The notes under the pieces were generated by a model. The model was not told the DNA's origin. It did not search any database and worked only from the letters and a program-made list of their open reading frames with translations. A DNA stretch of 56,816 bases from a virus (Duplodnaviria > Caudoviricetes). This document shows, one piece after another, positions 19,504 through 28,116 of the stretch. The DNA lies in the IMG/VR virus record IMGVR_UViG_3300027833_001879, positions 1 through 56,816 of that record. The stretch is one strand, 5' to 3'. Both the position numbers and the translations under genes were made by a program. Numbering within the stretch: the stretch's first letter is position 1; every line of letters begins with the position of its first letter.

Positions 19504-19507
19504 CAAG

Positions 19508-21493
19508 TTATCTCGGGTTAGTAACTCTTGGTAGCAATAATTCTGGTGAAGCATTATCTAATAATAAAGCTAAGTGAGAATCTTTAACTACATACTGACT
19601 TAATACTAATTCTTGTAATTCTTCTTCAATAGGTTCACTCCATATTCTTATATTAGTTAAATCAGTTGGACATCCTAATAACTTCCAAGTATAATCACTA
19701 GGTACACTAATATTAGGTACCGTTTGCGTATTAGTATATATGCTAGTAAGATCAGCAGACTTATCTGGATTTATTGCACCACTTAATTCTACAGTATTAT
19801 ATAAAAATAATGATAACTGGTTTGCTATGTTATTTAAATTAATTGTTGCAGCATACCATTTACCTTTTGTAAGTACTAGTGAACTTTTAGATAAGTCATA
19901 TTTATAATAAGTATCATTAAGTTTAATTATAAACCAATTTGCAGTATAAGTTAATTGAACAAAACTTAAGTTTGGTACAACATCAGTATCATATGAAATA
20001 AACGTATTACTAACTTCTTTATTAAACTTAGCGGTAGTAGTTATTGTACCATTAATATATGGAGTATCTAATGTAAGAGTATTAGTAGCATAATCAATAG
20101 ATTTAACTTTTTGAATTCCGTTATATGAAGTAGTACCTTTAATAGCAATCCAATCCCCTGCCCTTATTTCAACAGCCTCTCCGAGTGGTAAACCACCAGC
20201 CGGTGCAGTTATCATAGGATACCCTGCATTATTAGTTATTGATGATATTACAACATTTTTGCCTATTGGTGCTTTGGATGTTGGTCTAAACCAGAAAGTA
20301 AATGCTCTATTTTCAGTATCAGCCCATCCGCCATTATATTTATATTTAACGCCTATTCCTCCATTAACTAAAGTTCCTAATGCATAATGATATTTAGAAA
20401 TGATTGTCCACTGATTGTAAACATTCTCTTCCGTAATAGTCATTTTTTTATTTAATGCCCTTCTTACATAATCATTTGCTTGGCTACCTATAGTATTATA
20501 CTCATTAGGCTTTCTAACATCCTTAAATTCATTTTCTCTTTCAACTCTAAACTTATCTTCTACACTTGAAATTAATGCTTCAGTAGAAGCTTCGGCTGCC
20601 AGCCCCTCAACAGTATCTTCATAACCAACATTTGTCCTCTGCTGATATGTAACAAGACTTACTCTCCAATAAGATCCAGTGTACATAAAGTCATCAGCCT
20701 CTGCCATTGCATCAACCTCATACATGCGATTTAAAAATTGTTTAAAATGTAAATAGTCTCTCATCTGTGGTTTAGCACCAATTCCAAAGACTGCTTCAAA
20801 TGCAGATTTTACAATATGAATTTCAAACTGTACAGGAAAATCCATCATTAATGGATTAAATGCAATGTCTCTAGTTGGAAGCTCATTATCAGGTATCATT
20901 ATCTTAACCTCACCAGATTTAATAACATCAAATAATGAATATTCTTTTAGGATAACATCACTACTTCTTTGATCCGCTTTGGTTTTATAATAATCAACAC
21001 AAAATCCAAATAAGTTAGACGCCATTGCTGATAGCTGTGTATACATTTGACCAGCCCTTGATATGTCATATGGGTTCCAGCCACCTTCACAACAATCGAA
21101 CGCTAAGTTTAACGCTCCTGAGCAACCGTCAACACCACCACAATCAATTTGAGGTATTTTACAAATTACACCACCATCTGTTACTATTTCTAATGCGATA
21201 GAATTAAATGTTAAAGTACAATCACCAACTTGTGTATATCTGTATTGAATCCAAAATTTATTTGCAGGATTTAAAACTAATAATTCAAGGTTAGCATCTG
21301 TTAGTTGAACCCAATCAGAATATGTTACACCATCAATACCCCACCTGAAATCTTTATTATAATAACAAGAGGTACTCTCACCTGTTATAGAATCGGTAAA
21401 TCCTAATACTTCGGTTACATTTTCATAAGGTGTCTGTAGACTAACTAATAACTGATCGCCATTAGCATCTGTACTGGATCCTGTTATTGCCAT
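19508..21493 (-). CDS. Neck / head-closure protein (gp14-like) with LamG-like C-terminal domain
   Basis: G.CVDYY..DVILKEY..FE..FG..P..D...NRMYEV pattern; beta-rich C-terminus ending LTNIRIW. Confidence 0.55.
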   Translation of the reverse strand: MAITGSSTDANGDQLLVSLQTPYENVTEVLGFTDSITGESTSCYYNKDFRWGIDGVTYSDWVQLTDANLELLVLNPANKFWIQYRYTQVGDCTLTFNSIALEIVTDGGVICKIPQIDCGGVDGCSGALNLAFDCCEGGWNPYDISRAGQMYTQLSAMASNLFGFCVDYYKTKADQRSSDVILKEYSLFDVIKSGEVKIMIPDNELPTRDIAFNPLMMDFPVQFEIHIVKSAFEAVFGIGAKPQMRDYLHFKQFLNRMYEVDAMAEADDFMYTGSYWRVSLVTYQQRTNVGYEDTVEGLAAEASTEALISSVEDKFRVERENEFKDVRKPNEYNTIGSQANDYVRRALNKKMTITEENVYNQWTIISKYHYALGTLVNGGIGVKYKYNGGWADTENRAFTFWFRPTSKAPIGKNVVISSITNNAGYPMITAPAGGLPLGEAVEIRAGDWIAIKGTTSYNGIQKVKSIDYATNTLTLDTPYINGTITTTAKFNKEVSNTFISYDTDVVPNLSFVQLTYTANWFIIKLNDTYYKYDLSKSSLVLTKGKWYAATINLNNIANQLSLFLYNTVELSGAINPDKSADLTSIYTNTQTVPNISVPSDYTWKLLGCPTDLTNIRIWSEPIEEELQELVLSQYVVKDSHLALLLDNASPELLLPRVTNPR

Positions 21494-21494
21494 G

Positions 21495-21929
21495 TTATGA
21501 ATTTATTTGTTGTTCATATGAACTTTCGGAATTACCTTCCTTTTTAAAAGTTTCTCCAATTATATAAGAACCTACAAATGGTGTTAATGCAGCAAAATAT
21601 GCAGCTGCACCCATAAGATCAGCATTTTTAACAATAACACAAACTCCTATAAGGGTCCATAGTGCAATTGTAATATACATTAGATTTTCTCGTTTACTAT
21701 TTTTTCCTTTTCTAAAAATAGAACTATCACTACTTGGTCTCATGCTTTCACCAAATATGTATGATGCCACGAATCCAGTTAAAGAAATAAAATATCCAGC
21801 TAATTGAGTAAAGTCAGTATCAAAAAATGTAGCAGTAACACCAACAGCAACCCACAAAAAGACTACCAAGTATGTAACGCATTCACGCTTTGATTCACAA
21901 CAACGATTAAGAAATGATTTCATATACAA
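21495..21929 (-). CDS. Four-TM membrane protein with internal duplication (holin candidate)
   Basis: Two SKRE..Y....LW..GV....YF..LT.FV.SYI.GE units. Confidence 0.65.
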   Translation of the reverse strand: MYMKSFLNRCCESKRECVTYLVVFLWVAVGVTATFFDTDFTQLAGYFISLTGFVASYIFGESMRPSSDSSIFRKGKNSKRENLMYITIALWTLIGVCVIVKNADLMGAAAYFAALTPFVGSYIIGETFKKEGNSESSYEQQINS

Positions 21930-21940
21930 ACATTATTTGT

Positions 21941-21950
21941 TTATATATTC
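21941..21950 (-). promoter_or_regulatory. Putative late promoter (GAATATATAA)
   Basis: Repeated motif. Confidence 0.65.
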
Positions 21951-21955
21951 ATGTT

Positions 21956-22624
21956 CTAATACGGTGTATAATCTGTCTTAACTAATAATATTGGATCGTC
22001 TTCTTCTATTTTAGGATCAACTGCTGTAATAATATCAAAAGCATCTAAGATTTGTGCTTCTTCCATCTCAGCTAATATGTCAAATAATGTAACTGCTTTA
22101 ATATAAAAATAAGAAGTTCTTTCTAAGTATTTGTTTTTCATTATTCCTACATCCATAAATCTTTTATTGAATATGTCTAATTGCTCCCTGTTTAATATTT
22201 TAGTAAGATCAAAAGTTCCTTCTATTATATTAAAATGAAAACTTACAATTTCTCGACCGTCACCAACTTTTACTAACCTTGAAAATATCTTTTCATTTGA
22301 TATCTTAAATGTAATGGTCTCTAAATTTACAAGCCTATTAATTATAGCTTGCAAAAAGAAAATGGAATTTGGTTTAAAGTTAGGGTTAGGTAATAGATCT
22401 TGGTCAATTACTTTTTTCATTTCCCCTCTTAAAAATGTTGAGGTTTTTATTGCATTTTGGAATTGATCCAATGATACAATAAATTCTGAATCCTTATCAG
22501 ATTCATTTATACATTCTTTTTTTACTTTTGATATGATAAGATTATCAACATAATCATTTTTATATAAAGTAAACGCGATATGCGTAGGTATTTCTAATTC
22601 AAATTGTTTATCAATCAACATCAT
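21956..22624 (-). CDS. Hypothetical protein
   Basis: 222-aa ORF in operon. Confidence 0.75.
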   Translation of the reverse strand: MMLIDKQFELEIPTHIAFTLYKNDYVDNLIISKVKKECINESDKDSEFIVSLDQFQNAIKTSTFLRGEMKKVIDQDLLPNPNFKPNSIFFLQAIINRLVNLETITFKISNEKIFSRLVKVGDGREIVSFHFNIIEGTFDLTKILNREQLDIFNKRFMDVGIMKNKYLERTSYFYIKAVTLFDILAEMEEAQILDAFDIITAVDPKIEEDDPILLVKTDYTPY

Positions 22625-23021
22625 TACTCATCTGTTTTTCTAATACTTTTATTGCATTTTTAATTTCAGATGGGTGGTGCTTCATAGCTTCTTTAAAATC
22701 ACGTTCACCTATTTCATTAATCTTTAGATAAAATTCTAAAGCTTTAGATTCAGGAACCCATGGTTTTATTTTCTTAGAGGCTTTGGTTTTAGTATAAATA
22801 AAACCAGGTACTCTATTAAATTTTGATGCAACCATTCTCCATGCTTCTGCTTGTCCTACTGGATCAATCTTTAATGCATTAAACATATTTGCTTGAACAG
22901 GAAATTTAATACTCATAAACCTATTTACCATAAAGGAGTTTTTAGATTTATCATACCCTTTTAATTTTTCCCATTGCGGATCTCGACCAAACAAGACCTT
23001 TATGTAATCAAATAATTTCAT
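22611..23021 (-). CDS. Clamp loader small subunit-like protein (gp62-like)
   Basis: LFDYI..FMVNRFMS..AN..N pattern; near clamp loader. Confidence 0.55.
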   Translation of the reverse strand: MKLFDYIKVLFGRDPQWEKLKGYDKSKNSFMVNRFMSIKFPVQANMFNALKIDPVGQAEAWRMVASKFNRVPGFIYTKTKASKKIKPWVPESKALEFYLKINEIGERDFKEAMKHHPSEIKNAIKVLEKQMSNDVD

Positions 23022-23034
23022 TACCTTTTATTAT

Positions 23035-23061
23035 TTATACGACTTATTAATGTAATTGTTT
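23035..23061 (-). promoter_or_regulatory. Putative middle-type promoter
   Basis: AAAC-N16-CGTATAA. Confidence 0.5.
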
Positions 23062-23068
23062 TCTTTTT

Positions 23069-24304
23069 TTAGAAAATCTTTCCTTTTGTTTTTTTGTTTG
23101 TAATAAAGGACATATTATCAGCATCATCATCAGATTCACCTTTGAAGAAGCTAGCTTTAAATGCAGAGTTATCATCACCATCATATTTAGTACCTTCAAC
23201 TATTTTTTTCATTGTTGATACATTAGGTAATACTAATTCATTTACATTTATTTGAGATTCTACTGATTTGAACATTTCATCTAATATGCCTTCTGGGATA
23301 GTGTGAGAACTAAGAACCATTAAATTAACATTAGATTTAAGATTAGTTATAATCTGCTCTCTACTCATATGTTTAGCTTTCATATGTTTAATGAGTATAT
23401 TAGCTAAATCAGTAATATAACCATCTTCATATAAGTACATATGAGATAAGGTACCATGTTTTAATTTAAATTCATCTATAATAGCAGTAGCCTTGCTTTC
23501 ACTGACACCATACCTTCTGGTTTTTCCATTTGTAGTTGATGTATGCCAATATGCAGGAGGTACATTATCTCCGGAATCACCAGTAAGAACTTTACGAAAA
23601 CGGAATTCTTCTGGATCTACTTCTATTACTGATACCTTTTTCTTTGCAATAATTGATGAAAGTAATTTTTTTGATTGTGCTTCTGGAGAAGCCGATACTT
23701 TTAGTACATCAAATATATCTTTAGAGGAAACCTCATCCTCGGTAGTAAGCCATTCAGAAAAGCCTTGATACGTATACATTTTTTTATGAGCAGGTGAGAA
23801 TAAGATTGTATGAGTGCTATTAGTTTGACTCCTGTTTACTAATTGAACTAAATCTCTATCACCTGTGAACATAATAACCGATTTGTCATTTGCTAATGAT
23901 TCGGTATTCCATGCATACATTAAATCATCACCTTCTGCGCCATTTATTTTAGAATAGATAACACCTTGTTTAATAAGTAGCTGGGTAAACTCTTCAGTAA
24001 CTTTAGAAAAGTTTTTCCAATTAATAGAACTGTCTTGTTTACGATTACCTTTGTATTCTGCATCTGGATAAAAATCTTTTCTCCATGATCTTGAATCTAT
24101 GGTCCATACTACTTTATCGATAAGGCCTTCGAATAGTCGGATTTGATATGCAAAATCCGTAGCTAGCTTTCTCATAAAGACTATTGCATCTTCATCAGTA
24201 GCAAGCATTTCTGTTTTTTTAGATTTTCTAGGTAGAACATAAAGAGTTCTAAAAAGAAAATAATTACCGTCTATTACAAACGTATGCCTTCCTGTTTTTC
24301 TCAT
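23069..24304 (-). CDS. rnh: 5'-3' exonuclease / flap endonuclease (T4 RNase H-like)
   Basis: IDGN, SWRKDFY..YKGNR, EGDD, TGDRDLVQL, LTGDSGDNVP. Confidence 0.92.
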   Translation of the reverse strand: MRKTGRHTFVIDGNYFLFRTLYVLPRKSKKTEMLATDEDAIVFMRKLATDFAYQIRLFEGLIDKVVWTIDSRSWRKDFYPDAEYKGNRKQDSSINWKNFSKVTEEFTQLLIKQGVIYSKINGAEGDDLMYAWNTESLANDKSVIMFTGDRDLVQLVNRSQTNSTHTILFSPAHKKMYTYQGFSEWLTTEDEVSSKDIFDVLKVSASPEAQSKKLLSSIIAKKKVSVIEVDPEEFRFRKVLTGDSGDNVPPAYWHTSTTNGKTRRYGVSESKATAIIDEFKLKHGTLSHMYLYEDGYITDLANILIKHMKAKHMSREQIITNLKSNVNLMVLSSHTIPEGILDEMFKSVESQINVNELVLPNVSTMKKIVEGTKYDGDDNSAFKASFFKGESDDDADNMSFITNKKTKGKIF

Positions 24305-24322
24305 ATTAATGTATTTAATATA

Positions 24323-24352
24323 ATAATAACAAATTTTAGTTATTATTGAAAG
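24323..24352 (-). promoter_or_regulatory. Putative early sigma70-like promoter (TTTCAA-17-TATTAT, extended TG)
   Basis: Same motif as 6500-6529. Confidence 0.5.
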
Positions 24353-24491
24353 TAGTTTTTAATGTTTTTTCTTCGCAGCATTCTTTATCATAGCCTTTTT
24401 GTCTAAGATTATAATAATGACTAACTGCTGCCCCTAATTGATAATGATTAGGGTACGCTTTAATTAATTTTTCTAAGAATTGTGCTCTCAT
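24336..24491 (-). CDS. Small hypothetical protein (51 aa)
   Basis: Manual ORF MRAQFLEKLIKAYPNHYQLGAAVSHYY..., ATGA-coupled to clamp loader. Confidence 0.6.
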   Translation of the reverse strand: MRAQFLEKLIKAYPNHYQLGAAVSHYYNLRQKGYDKECCEEKTLKTTFNNN

Positions 24492-25450
24492 ACTCCATTT
24501 AGTATTGATTGCAGTTCATAAATACATGCAAGCATTGATACTGCAGGATCTATTACTTGCTGCCTTTGTGATTGATACTTTGCTACTGTGATAATTATTT
24601 GTGGTATAAATTGAATATATGATTGTCTTTCCTGTTGGACAAACTCTATAAACTCTGCACCTAATGAAGATAAAACATCATCAGATCTATTTGCATAATT
24701 TGATAACATATATTGATAATTTTTTACAGGATCTGTTCCGTCTATAACTAAATCATAAATATCTTTATAAACTGAACTAAATTGTTTTATATCATTTACC
24801 GTTATTGTATCTTTACCTTGTGACTGAAACCCCTGTAGCTGATTAAGCATGTTCCTTAAATCTGGAAATTTTCTTTTTACTAATTCTACAGCTGCATGTT
24901 TATCAATACCAATACTTTCATCTTTACAGATTTTTAGAATCCTCATAATGTAGTGTTTCATTATTTCAGTTTCTTCATCTTTAGAAAAATCAAAATCAAT
25001 CATCTCAAACCTTGACTGAATTGGATCTGGTACTTTATTAATATAATTACATGTTGCTACGAATCTTGCATTAGTTGCAAACTGATCCATTGTAGCTCTT
25101 AATGCTTTAAAGAATTGATCAGATACTCCATCGATCTCATCTAATATAATTACTTTCATTTTTCCTGGCTCATCCATAATAGAACGATTAGCACAGAAAT
25201 CAGTAATTCGGTTTCTTACAACATCTACTGAGGTATCAGTTGATGCATTAATATAAAGATATGGATGTTTAAAATGTTTTACTAAAACTTTAGCAGCAGA
25301 TGTTTTTCCTGTACCTGGGCTGCCGTGTAATAATAAATGTTGGTAAACGCCCTTGCTTAATTTTTCTCCTACTCTCTTAGGAGTTATTAAATCCTCTAAT
25401 GCCTTAGGGCGATATTTTTCTGTAAGTAAAATGTTTTGTATATTGCGCAT
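24488..25450 (-). CDS. gp44: Clamp loader large subunit (RFC-like)
   Basis: EKYRP, GSPGTGKTS, INAS, ILDEID, PIQSRF, FPDLR. Confidence 0.95.
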   Translation of the reverse strand: MRNIQNILLTEKYRPKALEDLITPKRVGEKLSKGVYQHLLLHGSPGTGKTSAAKVLVKHFKHPYLYINASTDTSVDVVRNRITDFCANRSIMDEPGKMKVIILDEIDGVSDQFFKALRATMDQFATNARFVATCNYINKVPDPIQSRFEMIDFDFSKDEETEIMKHYIMRILKICKDESIGIDKHAAVELVKRKFPDLRNMLNQLQGFQSQGKDTITVNDIKQFSSVYKDIYDLVIDGTDPVKNYQYMLSNYANRSDDVLSSLGAEFIEFVQQERQSYIQFIPQIIITVAKYQSQRQQVIDPAVSMLACIYELQSILNGV

Positions 25451-25464
25451 GAATTGATTTATTT

Positions 25465-25491
25465 TTATATGGTAAAGTAGGAGAGTTGTTT
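25465..25491 (-). promoter_or_regulatory. Putative middle-type promoter
   Basis: AAAC-N16-CATATAA. Confidence 0.6.
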
Positions 25492-25497
25492 ACACTA

Positions 25498-25506
25498 GAA
25501 TAAATA
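25498..25506 (+). promoter_or_regulatory. Putative late promoter (GAATAAATA)
   Basis: T4 late-like element upstream of the only plus-strand gene. Confidence 0.5.
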
Positions 25507-25524
25507 TTAAAATACAAAAAAATA

Positions 25525-26322
25525 ATGCAAAGAAGAGCACTAAAAAAGATTACACAAGAACCTATAGCAAGTGTACGGTCAAGTAATATTACCAGAAGGG
25601 TTCTTCCTAATCGAAACATTAATAAAATTAAAAGCATACCTCCTGCTCGTGGACTTTCACAAAGACAATTAGAAATTAAAAATGCAGAAGTACCTGTCGG
25701 GAAACCAGTTGAGTACTCTGTTGTCCCAAGAAAATTTGAAGGAGAAACTATTTATATTATTGGTGGAGGTCCATCATTAAAGAATTTTAACTTTGATCAA
25801 TTAAAAGGGCTTAAAACTATTGTAATTAATAAAGCAGTATTTTTTCATCAGACAGCTGACGTATTATATTGGACTGATAGTAGATTTTATACTTGGTATA
25901 AAAACGACATAGATAATTTTAGCGGTTTAAAGTTTTCTTTAAAACCCGGAAGTCAATATACTAAAGATATAAAAGTTTTACGAAAAGGTGTGGCGCATGG
26001 TTTAGAAAAAGATCCTCATACATTAGCTCATGGGTATAATAGTGGATATGCAGCAATTAATCTTGCTTATCATTTAGGAGCTAACAGAATTGTCTTATTA
26101 GGGTTTGATATGCATAATACTAATAAAGATACTCATTTTCATGACGGTTACCCAACACGACCTGCAGGTGATCATATATACAGAGATAAATTTTTACCAG
26201 GATTTAAAGAATTAGAAAAAGATTTAAGAACAGTTGGTGTAACTGTTTTTAATGCATCTACACATAGTCAATTAAACACTTTTCCTAAAATTACATTGGC
26301 GCAAGCATTAAGCTTTAGATGA
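25525..26322 (+). CDS. Maf/DUF115 (MptE-like, sialyltransferase-fold) protein
   Basis: IIGGGPSL, IVINKA, NSGYAAINLAYHLGANRIVLLGFDM, HFHDGY, VFNAS..S.L..FPK. Confidence 0.78.
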   Translation: MQRRALKKITQEPIASVRSSNITRRVLPNRNINKIKSIPPARGLSQRQLEIKNAEVPVGKPVEYSVVPRKFEGETIYIIGGGPSLKNFNFDQLKGLKTIVINKAVFFHQTADVLYWTDSRFYTWYKNDIDNFSGLKFSLKPGSQYTKDIKVLRKGVAHGLEKDPHTLAHGYNSGYAAINLAYHLGANRIVLLGFDMHNTNKDTHFHDGYPTRPAGDHIYRDKFLPGFKELEKDLRTVGVTVFNASTHSQLNTFPKITLAQALSFR

Positions 26323-26799
26323 TCTCTTTGCATAGGTCATAAACTCTTTCTGCTCTCTTTTAAGGAGGTGTTTACAGTGTTTAGTAAATTTGATTGATGT
26401 ATCTATAATTCTACCATCTACACTTCTATTCCGTGAGTTATGGGCTTTAGAACATTTGCTACATACAAAATTTTCTACTTTCTTTGAATCCATTCTAGAT
26501 TTAATAGGAACTTTGCATATTCCACAATTCCATTCAACCAAGTCCGCGTCCTTTTCTATTTGTTTAAGAGTAGTAAAGGTTTCTCTAAAAGGATTCCATA
26601 TAACTTTATTAACATTCTTTTCATGGTCATTCATATCTTCTACTTTAAAGATAACCTCAAAAGCTTGAGTATCTGAATCCAGCCATTTCATATGACGATT
26701 ATTTAAAAGCAATTTTTGCTTTAAAGGCGGCAGGTTTTCTAGAAGAATACCATACCGCCTTTTATACCATCCAAAGTTTATTTTACGAACTTTATACAT
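26308..26799 (-). CDS. Hypothetical Zn-finger protein
   Basis: CGIC...CSKC. Confidence 0.7.
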   Translation of the reverse strand: MYKVRKINFGWYKRRYGILLENLPPLKQKLLLNNRHMKWLDSDTQAFEVIFKVEDMNDHEKNVNKVIWNPFRETFTTLKQIEKDADLVEWNCGICKVPIKSRMDSKKVENFVCSKCSKAHNSRNRSVDGRIIDTSIKFTKHCKHLLKREQKEFMTYAKRSSKA

Positions 26800-26810
26800 A
26801 GAGTTTTAAT

Positions 26811-26876
26811 TTAACAGTTACAGCATGTACAATCACATGATGAACCACAGTTACATACTTTACAATCACATTTCAT
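26811..26876 (-). CDS. Metallothionein-like Cys-rich peptide (21 aa)
   Basis: ATG...TAA frame encodes MKCDCKVCNCGSSCDCTCCNC (9 Cys) and fills the intergenic gap. Confidence 0.75.
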   Translation of the reverse strand: MKCDCKVCNCGSSCDCTCCNC

Positions 26877-26889
26877 ATTAATAATTATT

Positions 26890-28011
26890 TTATAGGTTTG
26901 GTCTTAATCTTGCAAATTTCTCAGATACAGATTCTGCTACATATTCAAAAGATTCTGGTAATGCAGCTAATTTCTTTTTAGCATCAGCTTCCTTTTTCTT
27001 AAGCTCTGCAATATCTTCTTTACTATCTTCAATTGACTTTTGTAGTTTTTGAACCTTTTCTTCAGAACCTCTACCAGTTTTTAGATCTCTTTGCGCCTGT
27101 TCTAAATCTTTAGTAGCTTTATTCATCGTAGTTCTCTCATCTTCTATTCTATCATTAAAAGCTTTAATATCAGCTTCTAATTTTGCAGATGGATCATCTT
27201 TCGGTGCCTTTTTCTTGAGTTCAGTAATATCATCAGCTAGTCCTTTAAATACTTCATCGTTACCTTCAAGCTTAGCTTTTTTCTGCTGTGCTAGTTTAAA
27301 ATTAATCTCTGCTTGTAATTTAGCCGTTTCATCATCACCGTCCTTTACAGCATCATATGCACTTTTAGCTTTACCGATTTCATCTAACACTGCGTCTTTA
27401 GCAATCTTAGCTTTTTCTTTATCTTCTGCTGGTAATGGTGGTGGTGTTTTTCCTGTCTTTCCATCTTTTCCTGTTTTAGCAGGTTTTTCTGTTTTAGCAG
27501 GTTTTTCTGTTGTAGGCATTGCAGAGTCGTCTGCTGGTTTATCATTACCATCAGATTCATAATCTTTTAATGCCTTTTGAGCATCTGTGGCTTTTCCAGT
27601 TAATTTAGTTTGTTTAATTTTTAATCTTTTTGCTTCTTCACCATCAGCAGCTTTAAGTACAATCTTATTTGCAGCTAAAGAAGATTTTGTCTTAGCTAAT
27701 TTTACAACTTGCTTTAATCCATCAGTTGTAGCCAAATCAGCCATTCTTTGTCCTATGTTAGAAGCAGTATCTGCTAATGCTGAATTCTTAGCTTTATTAG
27801 CCTGATCTAATACTTCCTTTTGTTTAGCAGAAAGAGTATCTGAACCCTTTTCTTTTCTCTTAGCATAATCTACATCATTAAGAGCTTGTGCAACTCTAGC
27901 TTTTTGATATTTCTTAGCATTGTTTTTAATCTTTTTCCACTTAATAGGATTCTTAACGGCATCAATTAGTGCTTCATTAACAAACTCAGAATATGTTTTT
28001 AGTTTTGGCAT
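26890..28011 (-). CDS. Lys/Ala-rich coiled-coil late protein (possible internal head protein)
   Basis: Follows major capsid gene, own late promoter, N-terminal LKTYSEFVNE, 18-bp tandem repeat (TEKPAK x2) at 27475-27510. Confidence 0.6.
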   Translation of the reverse strand: MPKLKTYSEFVNEALIDAVKNPIKWKKIKNNAKKYQKARVAQALNDVDYAKRKEKGSDTLSAKQKEVLDQANKAKNSALADTASNIGQRMADLATTDGLKQVVKLAKTKSSLAANKIVLKAADGEEAKRLKIKQTKLTGKATDAQKALKDYESDGNDKPADDSAMPTTEKPAKTEKPAKTGKDGKTGKTPPPLPAEDKEKAKIAKDAVLDEIGKAKSAYDAVKDGDDETAKLQAEINFKLAQQKKAKLEGNDEVFKGLADDITELKKKAPKDDPSAKLEADIKAFNDRIEDERTTMNKATKDLEQAQRDLKTGRGSEEKVQKLQKSIEDSKEDIAELKKKEADAKKKLAALPESFEYVAESVSEKFARLRPNL

Positions 28012-28035
28012 GATCTATTATTGTTTTTAATTGTT

Positions 28036-28045
28036 TTATATATTT
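28036..28045 (-). promoter_or_regulatory. Putative late promoter (AAATATATAA)
   Basis: Repeated motif. Confidence 0.55.
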
Positions 28046-28058
28046 GAGCTATAAGAAC

Positions 28059-28085
28059 AAAAAAGCCACTCCGAAGAGTGGCTTT
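28059..28085 (-). terminator. Terminator after major capsid gene
   Basis: GCCACTC-TTCG-GAGTGGC followed by U6; cUUCGg tetraloop. Confidence 0.92.
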
Positions 28086-28116
28086 CTATATAAAAATATT
28101 ACAATGGTTCTACTTA

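Noticed and set aside
25404-25637. Minus-strand 77-aa ORF
   Set aside because: Spans two divergent promoters and overlaps two real genes; no motif
27475-27510. 18-bp tandem repeat as a regulatory or contingency locus
   Set aside because: Two in-frame copies in a low-complexity linker; ordinary
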